Assembly (NCBI GenBank): GCA_951406725.2
Contig: OX597823.1
Span: 70,866,001 to 70,930,000, forward strand
Length of the DNA: 64,000 bases
Direction: 5' to 3'
Origin: Octopus vulgaris
Lineage: Eukaryota
Shown here: positions 53,781 to 64,000 of the stretch, in pieces
How the letters are laid out: the number at the start of each line of letters is the position of its first letter
Position numbering within the stretch: the first letter of the stretch is position 1
The notes under the pieces: generated by a model
Told to the model about the DNA's origin: nothing
The model's input: only the letters and a program-made list of their open reading frames with translations
The model's database searches: none
Program-made: the position numbers and the translations under genes

Positions 53781-56700
53781 CAAAATACATAAATTAAATT
53801 CATAAATTACAAGGAAAATTGTAAATTGTTTTGGCCCCAACAATGAGCTCCAGATTCGATTCCATTGCTTGTCATTTTCGGTAAGAGCACCGTAGGAACT
53901 AAGGCTCTAGCAGGATCTGGTTTCGAACCCTCTAGCTCATTGATTTTGCTCAGAACTAATTTTTGCGTACAATGAAAATAAATAAGGAGGAGATTTGTCA
54001 TCGAAAAAGCGTTGCTCTACCAACTTGTGCTATTTGAACGAGCTATATGAATTAATAAATAAAAAGTTAAATCCCGTACTTTTTGTATTTGTCCATTTGA
54101 CATTGGATTCGCTTGTGATAATTTTACTTAATAAGATGCTGATAGTGTGAGTTCATACATGACTTTGGAAATGTGAAACTGAATGAATATATGTGGTGGT
54201 GGTGGTAATAGTGGCAGTGGGAGATATATCAATTATTAGTGTGCAATTCATCTACATAAGAATATTAATACTAATAATACTCTTATTATCCAACATACAC
54301 AAAAAATGCTTCCCCCTAAATTAATTGGCACAGTCAGCCAATCTGTCAGTCAATTTGTAACTCTGACACTGACGTGTGGCTTAGTGTAACTGTAAAATAA
54401 ATACGAGAATGTACAGGTGCTTTATTGATAGCATAAACGAAAGACTTATTATTGTTCTGATGTTATACACAAAAAGAGACATCAAAACTCATGGTGAGAG
54501 ACAAATACACTGAAATATAATATACATGCGGAAATATAAGAACAATTTAGAAGTTTTGATAGTTTAACGGAGAAACAATGAAATGAAAGATAGCGATTGA
54601 AATGGAAAAGTAGGAATTCTATGTCACAAATCTTGTCTATTGTAATTGGACGGTAATATAATGATGGACATAATTGAATGTAAAGGCGTAGAACAAATGA
54701 AAAGTCTACTAAATTTGGATTCATTTGATCGGGGGAGAACGAAAGTCGTAAATCGCAAAGAAAGCAAGAGAATGACATTTAGAAAGTATAACAATTCACG
54801 TTAATCAACAAAAGTTCTTTAATAAAGAAGAAACAAAAAGCAAATGTGATTGCCTTGTTAGAAAGCCGTATGCTATGGCATTTGTCTCGAACGGTATTTT
54901 CATATGAATGCTTGGTGCATAAAGGCACAGAGATATATCGAAGCAGACGAGAATCGTCTGATATGTGCACCACAACTGCCAGATCACGTGATTTCAGTGT
55001 GCTGCACTTCTTCAGTGGCAGGCGGCCGGTGACCGCATGCTGCCAAATCTCGATACCACGATATATAGAATATCAGTGTTTTTAGTCAATGATGTCACAA
55101 ATAGCCAGCAGGCTTATCAAAAGAAGTAATTATTAGCGATATAAGCACGTTTATGATATATGTCAGTGCTTTTATGGACCGTGCGTTTATACGAGAGGAC
55201 TTCACAAAGCGAATAATACAATATTCAATTTCTAACAAGACATCAACGAAAAGGTGTGAATATAAAGATTGACTTTTGGTACTAATACTGCTTCCATCGC
55301 CAAGAATTATTTTTCAATAAGCCTGTTGCGGGGACGGTAGCACCGTATCCTCATGGCATCCTCCTCAAAAAGCGTTCAAGGGCCAAATAGCAGTGTTAAA
55401 AAAATACTTCAAACTTTTCATTCAATGCTCGAATAACTCTGATAAATTGCATTGCAGGACATTCCATTCGTTTATCAACTGAAATCACAATCATTTCGGC
55501 CCCAACCTTACTCCAGGAAGCGATGTTGGAGAGCGTCCATGCTATCAGAAAAATGTGTTTTCTTATGGATCACGCGGTTGTGTGCATTTATTTCTCCGCT
55601 ATTCATACCGTGATCACAACCAAACTAGGAATGACTTTGACATTTCCAGTCCCACAAACGTTATTTTCTGCTATTTACTTCCGGTTTGTTTTTCATCAAT
55701 GCCTCTGTGACATCTTTGATGAAACATTATGTATTTCCTTTTCCTGTTTCTGAATCATTACTAATCGATCTTCACTGCATTGCTTTCTTTACGCATCTAT
55801 GTTGTAGTCTTTTGTTCTCCTTCTCAAAACAACAGAGAATACCATGGTGCTTATTCTCTTTGGCTTGCTAGTGCTACATTGCTGTTTTAGATAATCAACA
55901 ACAACAATACTCAAACTACATATGTTATCAGAACGTATCTTTTCTTTATAAATATGTCCACAATGGGATTTAACATCGAATATAGTTCATGCATAGAGAT
56001 TCGTCGCCTATTGTTTCTAAATTTGTATTATTTCATGTGTCAATAACTGCAGCCGATATCTCAAATTTGTAATTAATTAAATAGTATATATATCAAATTA
56101 ATCCCATTAGGAATATTTATTTTCTTGGATGCCGTTCGACTTGTAAATGATTATAGTTTGGAGTGACAGAAACCCTTTCGGCAATGCGACTTTGGAACTT
56201 AAGAATAATTATCACGATTCATATCCTAAGTCATATATTTTCAAGTATATAATAATTTAAAGTATTTAGAATTGCAGAAATTTCTACATGTGCATTTCGA
56301 AATTATCACTACTTCAACTGCTGGTCTTGGTTTTAAAATATGGACAATTCAAGTCAAAATTTGAAGTATTCAAGACCTTCAAGTAATATCTGTGATTTTA
56401 TATCAGTCTCCACGTAGGTATATGAACAGTATGTAGATGCTTCTTTGATATTAGTGTGGTAAGAAACAATTACGACAAAATTGTCAGAGATAGAAATAAA
56501 TTTCTATCTGTAATTCCTTTAATTTATGGAGAATGGTGATTCTTTAAATCGCCCCACTCTAGCAAATTGTTTTAATGAACTAGAAGCTAATTTTGTGTAG
56601 CTGTTTATTATTTATAGTTTGTTAAAGTTTTCCATACAGCATATTCCTCTTTCTGGCTCTTTTTAGATATTTTAGCTAAATTGTTGTTATGTAACGAAAT

Positions 56701-58538
56701 TATACTGAACCATAACACATCATTTGGTATATTACTGCTCACCAATAACATAATGAAAGGACCCGCTGATCGACATATTCATATCTTGATAGTTATAAAA
56801 AGGTTTTGAAAATGTGTTTAGAACATAAGTATTGTACCTGCTTTAAATATTGTACTTAAAAGAAATTCCGACCCCAGTGCTCACAATAGCGCACAACGTT
56901 TCTAAGAATGTTGTACCTTGAAGATTAAACCAGTGATGTCAACTACAATAACCATAAGAAATGCAACTTCTTCCGCGTAGTTAATTCCTACCTTTTTCTG
57001 CTATCACCCACCAACGATAACTTGCTTTGTGAAGAAACTAATAGCATCAATTTAAAACAACTACAGTTAGCAAGAATCAGTCAATCATAAAATTTGGTCT
57101 TTTCACAAAATATTGAACACTTTTAAAAGAAACCTTCCTGCTATAGATCATATAATTGTAGAAAACACACAAACTCTTACTAACACACAAAATACAAATT
57201 TTTATTCCCCTTTGTGATAAATATCTATCAATTCTTGTAGTCATACAAATTCTTCTGACACAAATCTGTCAATCTCCGTTGTCCACTTTCACTATTTACT
57301 TAAATCTCGAGCCGGCAGATGTCTATGCATATGTAAAGTTTCCTCTCCACGCCACTCATTTCTCTCACATAGATAGCAGCATATCAGCATTGAGGTTTTC
57401 CGATTCTTGCTCAAAATCTTCTTCATTCATACCTCCAAGTACATCTGTCGTCTCCATACCAAACACAATGAAAATACACAAAGACCAATCCACTAAGCAG
57501 TTCACTCATATCTGTGCTTCTAGAGTTCAATCAAAAAGCACAGATTACAACGGCAATGCACTAACCATAAGCTTTCCAGCTTCTCAAATTTCATTCAATT
57601 CCTTCAATCGATTGTGGAGAAAGCCATAACATATGCTGCTCACTTTCACAAAACTCTACACTGCACACATGAGGCATCTACATCTACCATTAGGCGTCCG
57701 ACCGCCCATAAATGTATTACATGTGAAAATACCTCCGGATGCTGAAAATCCATAAATCCACCCACCCTCCCCAACAATATCTCTTTTATTACACTTAAGT
57801 TATGTGTTCCAGAGATGGTGTTTATTGTCAATCCCTTACTCTCTTCCTCCTCTCTCTATTTATTTATCTATCTCACGCTTTCTCTTTCTCTCTCTCCCCC
57901 TCCAGAGATATATAATTTTCTTTGAAAATGATGTATAAAGGGCACCATTCCTAAGGTGGCAACTATGACTGATACTTTTAGCTGCACTACTTAAAGTACT
58001 CCTTTCCAATATCTCAAAGACAGTGGCAGCTGTTAACAACTTTAGATTCCTATACCTATACTGTGAATCTCCCTCTCTCTGTCTGTCACCCCCTCTCTCG
58101 CTACTATCAGTAGAAATGGATTTTGTGAAACCCATACTAATAGCGATCTCCTCTTCTATCTCATTGTCCATGAGGTAATCCCCCTCATTACATCAGCGAA
58201 GCTGTCTGCCATGCGAATTTCTGAACAAAAACTGCTTGTATATGTCTTCATTTGTTTTTCATCCTATGGATCGATGCTTTGGATCCTATGGATCGATGAC
58301 AGGGACACCTCTAAACATTGCTACCAGGATTCAGATTTATCCCACTCCACTCTTATCCCCCTATTTGTTAGCAATTTATCATCAACAATGCTCTCTGCTA
58401 TGCCGGCGATACTATCTGCATTCTTCTATTGTCTTTTGCGCTTAAGTAGACCGACATCTAAATTAGATTACTTTATCATCGAATTTATTCTGAAACTACG
58501 AACTGAGACCTCTGCAGCATTTTCCAATCTTGCCTCAT

Positions 58539-58770
58539 CCAAGATCAAAAATATACAATCACCGCACATATCAAGAAAACATTCACCATCGATCTCCGCA
58601 AAACAACACGAAACTCAACTGCTAAGTTTCACGTTCACTACGGATTTCACAACATCGATCCGTAGTGAACGTGAAACTTAGCATTTGAGTTTCGTGTTGT
58701 TTTGCGGAGATCGATGGGAACGGTGAATGTTTTCTTGATATGTGCGGTGATTGTATATTTTTGCTCTTGG
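58539..58770. repeat. Near-perfect long hairpin
   Basis: Arms of about 110 bp with a 12-nt loop at 58646-58657. Confidence 0.95.
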
Positions 58771-60112
58771 AGAATGATAAAGTAATCATTTAAAGCATTG
58801 TAAAAACTGACTCAAACACATGTTTCTGTTTTCAGAACTAGGTAATTATTTATTCATTAATTACTAATAAATCTCTAGAGTGACAAAATGAAATCCACTG
58901 TGTTGTATTGCTTCTGCTTCTGGGTAGTACTGTAACAAACACACAAACACCCTACAGATCAGCATAAAGTAATTCACAAAGACATACCAAATATTAGCCT
59001 ACATATTTTAGCTCTCCTCTCTATTTCTTCTACTGTACTGTAGCATTTGTTGATCTGTGAAGACCATTCCGAAGTCCGTCATGCAGATCAAACGAATAAT
59101 AAATATTTTTTACATTTTTTATGTGTAATTATATATATATATATTGCTTGAGTTGAAAAGGTATCAACCTATTGACAAAATATAGGCAACAATAACTTGA
59201 CGGCGCCGCATTCTGCCTCTTGTCAAGATACTTAAATAGTTCTGGTCTAGTTGTCTTAGAAATAAAGTAGCATGATTTATTCATGTACTTACGAGCGATT
59301 AAGTAGTTGTCTCTAAACGTTAGTAGATTAATCGAATAGTCATTGAATTCCAATTTTGTTATGCCTGTCTTTTTTTTATTTTCACAAAGTAATTCTTTGT
59401 AATGCTACACAGTGAAATTACAAATATCAGAATTTATAATTAACTATTTAACTTATTTACAGCAAGAATGACCGAACAGTAGTTGCAAAAACATCATTAT
59501 GTACACTGTCCAAACGCCGCATATTTTGTGAGCATGGAGAACTGAGCTGGAATTTTTCGAAACACAAAAACTTTGATTAATGATAATCTCATGAAAAAAC
59601 TGTTCTTTCAAACGTGTACTGTATAGAATTCTTTGGACATACAAAGGGCATTTACAAACCTCTGTTACACATGACCTTGCTTAAATTGATTTCAGTTAGC
59701 AGTCACCCTGATAGTTCATTTAGATAACCTTCCAATAAATCATGTATTCTGTAGCCTAGCTTTTTGCTTTCTATTTCTTAAATTACATAAAAAAAAACAA
59801 CAGAAAGTAAAGTGAACGAGACCAGTGAGTGGGACAGAAGGTTGGACACACCATTAAATTTCGCGACATTTATAAATACCATTATGTATTTTACCAATAA
59901 AATACATTATACAAATGGAGTAATAACAAGCTAACTCAACTCCGGTAAACAAGAGAGCGTCTAGACAGAAATTTCATTTCATTATTATATTTAACACCTT
60001 AACATACACAGATTTCCTGATATAGTTTAACTACATCAGTTTATATACCAGAGTGAAGCAAAACGTATAAAATGTTATGAGGTTAAACTAAGTTATAATA
60101 TTTTGAATCCAA

Positions 60113-60191
60113 TTAATACGTACGTTTCAGATAATTTCGCAATAGATAAAAAAGAGAATTTAATTTCTTACACAATATCTTCCTCAGTTAA
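60113..60191 (-). ncRNA. Minimal type-I hammerhead ribozyme, canonical core
   Basis: ttaa CTGAGGA agata..tatct GAAA cgtacg TA ttaa. Confidence 0.75.
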
Positions 60192-60679
60192 ACATATCAA
60201 AATATTTTGCTATGCGTAAGAAATGAAATCGTTTTTTTTTTATCTGTTGCACAATTATTTTAAACGTATGTATTACATGTACACGAAATATTGTTACTTA
60301 GTTTAACTTCATAGGAATATATGTCGTGTACAAGCTAACTAGTACTAAATCCATTCACACGTATACTATAACAAGGGTTTGGCATTTGGCATGTTCTTTT
60401 TGTTCTATATGACTCGAGTCGGGAATTCGGGTAAAGTACATCACCTCTAAGCTCAACACGACTTACACACACACACACACACACATACACCCCCACACAC
60501 ACACATACACCCCCCCGCACACGCACGCACGCATGCATTTATTTAATTGTAAATGATACAAATACAAGATCTGGATAACATGAAGTACGACATGAGTTAT
60601 GTTGCGTTCTCGACTCACTATCAATATATTTTCTACTTGTGTAATATATATCATATATATATATATACATATATATATA

Positions 60680-60988
60680 AACAATTGCAGCGTGGAAGGT
60701 GTTTATAAGCCATTTAAGAAACACACAAAAGCCGTTCGATTCACTTCAACATTTAAGTTTAATTTGTCAAAATATTTTCGTCGCTAAAATCCGCGACCTG
60801 TTCACTGACAAAGTCCGTGCGGCATCTCAGAGGCAAATATTTTGACAAATTAAACTTAAATGTTGAAGTGAATCGAACGGCTTTTGTGTGTTTCTTAAAT
60901 GGCTTATAAACACCTTCCACGCTGCAATTGTTTTCGTTTCAGCACACGATCTCAGATCAAATTACTTGCTATGCGAGTACATCTCCGT

Positions 60989-60990
<2 letters not shown>
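60680..60990. mobile_element. Fold-back family G element in (TA)n
   Basis: 60680-60830 is followed by an inverted partial copy from about 60835 plus the tail. Confidence 0.85.
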
Positions 60991-61019
<29 letters not shown>

Positions 61020-61024
<5 letters not shown>

Positions 61025-61226
61025 ATCCAAACATGAAAACACAAAGAGAAAACACAACAACGCGAGGACGTGGAACAAGTATAGTATTATTGGACGCTCA
61101 GGAAAAGAAAGAAAGAAGGAGGATCTAACGCTTCGAGCGGAGCTCTTCGTTAGAAAAATAGAAAAAGAAAATTTCCAAGGAAAGGAAGAATGAGAAAGAA
61201 AATCGTCAAGGATACACACGTGGTCA
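61020..61226 (-). repeat. Family D repeat in (TA)n
   Basis: Matches 42129-42335. Confidence 0.85.
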
Positions 61227-61244
61227 TATATATATATATATATA

Positions 61245-61463
61245 TATATGTTTGTGTGTTTTTTGTGTCTGTGCTTGTCTCTTCATCAACACTTGAAAAT
61301 CAGTGTTAGTATGTTTATGCTCCCGTAACTTAGCGGTTCAGGCACAAAAATCGATAGAATAAGTAAAAGACTTACAAGTCCTGGAGTCGGTTTGTTCGAC
61401 TAAAACCCTTCAAGGCGGTGCTCCAGCATGGCTGCAATCAAATTACTGAGATGAGTAAAAGAA
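61245..61463 (+). mobile_element. SINE family A, 3' half
   Basis: cccgtaacttagcggttc...ggcggtgctccagcatggc. Confidence 0.75.
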
Positions 61464-61479
61464 TTATATATATATATAT

Positions 61480-62148
61480 AATTCGTAAATAAAGGCAATC
61501 GAAAAAATTTCTAATGCCAAATTTTTCGATTGCCCTTATTTACGAATTGTTTATAAATTTAACCTTTAAAGGTATTTTTTAATATGCTGGCCATTGATAA
61601 ATTTTTTTTCGAAAAGAATTTTTTTCGAAAAATATTTTATCCTACATTTGATATAAATTTAAGCGTTCACTTCCGGACTCTTACACTCTGTGAGAGCCTC
61701 AGTTCAAATCGCACGTGTCTCGAATGGGCTGGAGTATTTCTATTTTGGACGTATTTGGGGTACTTAATTGTGCTCATGATTTAGTGTTTACTTCTTCCAT
61801 GGGTATGAGTAAGTATCTCATTTATTTCTTTTGCCACATGTATCACTGAAGAAGGGAAGGGCTGTTATAAGCTAACCCTGAAATCGGTCCGATATGGTAA
61901 TAATGGAATTTTTTAGAAATTTCTGTCGACCTTTTTTCGAGTAGCGTGCGTATTGTGAAAAAATTATATGGTTAATGGACAACATGTCCAATTTTTCGGC
62001 ATATTTGGCATTAGAAATTTCTTCGATTGCCCTTATTTACGAATTGTTTATAAATTTAACCTTTAAAGGTATTTTTTAATATACTGGCCATTGATAAAAT
62101 TTTTTTCGAAAAGAATTTTTTCGAAAAATATTTTATCCTACATTTGAT
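61480..62148 (+). mobile_element. 497-bp terminally redundant element with inverted 5' piece and hammerhead
   Basis: Direct repeat about 61525-61652 / 62022-62148; 61480-61522 is the reverse complement of about 62003-62045; (TA)n flanks. Confidence 0.85.
61841..61899 (+). ncRNA. Type-I hammerhead ribozyme, canonical core
   Basis: tatca CTGAAGA aggg..ccct GAAA tcggtccga TA tggta. Confidence 0.8.
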
Positions 62149-63384
62149 ATATATATATATATACGCGGCGCGCGCACTAATGCCAAACAGTGAGAATGAG
62201 TGCTCAACGCCCAATTGCTGGGTAAATTTTCTTTATTTGTTGATTAACAGGTCTACCAATGGATTCATGTAAAGAGAATCTCTTGATTCCCTTTACCGGA
62301 ATCTCTTGACAATTATCAATTATTATAGGAACACTGGCACCCGTCTCCATTTTGGATGCAAATTCACGAAGTTACACGAAACTGTGCAACTTCTCGGGAT
62401 AAATAAATATACAGAACATGGGAAGTAATAGCATATCTTAATCACTGTTTCCTTTGCATGAGTCCTGAAATCTTTGCAAGAAGCTGCCTTCACCTAAGAT
62501 CAATTAATTCCTTACATTGTGCGAGAACGCTCGTGCACGTCCAAATCTATAATATAGATACACATGTTTGTGCACACGCATATCATACAAAATATGTGCA
62601 GTCATATACAAACACTCACACGCTCATACACAAATACTAATACACACATACACACACACAAACACATATACATATACACACACACACACATATATATGCG
62701 CTCACACACACATACATATACATATAACACATGCGCATATGCATTATGTGATTTGCTCATATTTGATTATATGCACAGGTTTTATGCCAAACTTGATGGG
62801 GAAGTGAATTCATAAGTTTGGGTATATATGTATTTTTCTCTGTGATGTTATTTCACATAATAGCTCTATAATAAGCAAATCCAGCCGAAGTTTAAGTGGG
62901 CAGATGACTATTACGGATAATTTTCATATAGTGCACATAATCGAATAATAGGTGAGGGATCATCTTTGGAATTTCAAAGTATGAATCGTAGCTTGTGAAT
63001 GCAAAGTATGAATCGTAGCTTGTGCATGCAAGAGGAGAAGCTATCCACCCTAATATTAAATTGTTCATTGTTGATGTTATGATAAGAAGCCAGCTGTTGT
63101 GTATATCCTTCTTTGAAGATGCTTTTCCTCATTCCAATGATTATCTCGTTCCGTTCAAATCTGTAATCTGGCCTTATACATTAATTCTTTCTTCAAATAC
63201 CTATTGCTCAGACGACAGCTACCTGGAGATCTACAATTACAAGATCTTCTGGAATGCTCCAAATGATATTTTTTATTGTGGCTGAGAATGATCGACCCTC
63301 TCTGTTTGGGATACAACGAAAGCAAACTTTGATCGTATTTATCGTGCAGATCTTGAGCTTTTTATTTGAGTGAGGGATGTGGTT

Positions 63385-63524
63385 ATAAGTTTCAGAAATA
63401 TTTTAGCTATGTTCGTGGCTACATTTATACTATTTAGAGAATTGCACCACAAGATTTTCCTCCATCTACGTTTTCTTGATCTAACTACATTCAGTTCAAT
63501 ATCAATTATATTAATCGATCCTTT

Positions 63525-63530
<6 letters not shown>
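63385..63530 (-). pseudogene. Short remnant of a second Penelope-like RT (C-terminal region)
   Basis: RKILWCNSLNSINVATNIAKIFLKLI resembles the PLE motif recalled as RxIIWFNPP..NV.TNIGK.FL.LI. Confidence 0.5.
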
Positions 63531-63570
<40 letters not shown>

Positions 63571-63692
63571 AACTTACTTGGAGAAGAGAAATAACGCGTG
63601 CGTTCGGTCATATAATAATATAATAAATAAATAAAATATATGCATATATACATACATATATGTACATACTTACATCTAAATGTATATATACA

Positions 63693-63768
<76 letters not shown>

Positions 63769-64000
63769 TACAAGACACCACAAATAAACGTAGAACACAA
63801 CGAGAAACGAAAACATAAAATCAAACAAGGAAACGGACTTTTTTTAACAACGAAAAAACAAGGAAACGGACTTTTTTTAAAACAACGAAAAAACAGACTA
63901 CAGGACAAACAATACAAGGAAAATTCCCCTTCATCAGCTGCCCCTGGTTCGACTCAATGCGTGTTTCGAAGGTAAGGGCAGAACACGGCCAGGCCGAAGC

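Noticed and set aside
52150-58500. Possible decayed mariner, hAT and LINE remnants
   Set aside because: Too degenerate to assign family or boundaries by eye; RepeatMasker or tBLASTn is needed.
62975-63030. 27-bp tandem duplication
   Set aside because: An ordinary local duplication with no further signal.
63925-63975. Possible type-II hammerhead on the minus strand (GAAAC...CTGATGA); similar arrangement at 11280-11320
   Set aside because: Stems I and III could not be paired convincingly, and the element is cut by the window edge.

Overview
This is AT-rich, microsatellite-saturated eukaryotic DNA. Its SINE and microsatellite content resembles an octopus (cephalopod) genome, which is an inference. 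I found no host protein-coding exon, rRNA or true tRNA gene, and most listed ORFs are microsatellite artefacts. Transposable elements present: an apparently intact CR1-group LINE (37297-41928, minus strand) whose ORF1 has an unusual Myb/SANT-like plus two-CCCH architecture; a Penelope-like RT/GIY-YIG fragment; an R4/Dong-type RLE LINE fragment in (TAA)n; mariner, hAT and long-TIR MITEs; a Helitron fragment; and three tRNA-derived SINE families. The main discovery is a set of unrelated non-coding elements, most inserted in (TA)n tracts, that carry minimal type-I hammerhead ribozyme motifs and show tandem or fold-back structure. The clearest is a near-identical 360-bp head-to-tail array with an internal inversion (44664-46274). 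Its monomer folds into a rod with a non-canonical CCGAUGA hammerhead at the tip, making it a candidate retrozyme / circular-RNA retroelement mobilised by Penelope-like RTs. All folds were paired by eye and none was computed.
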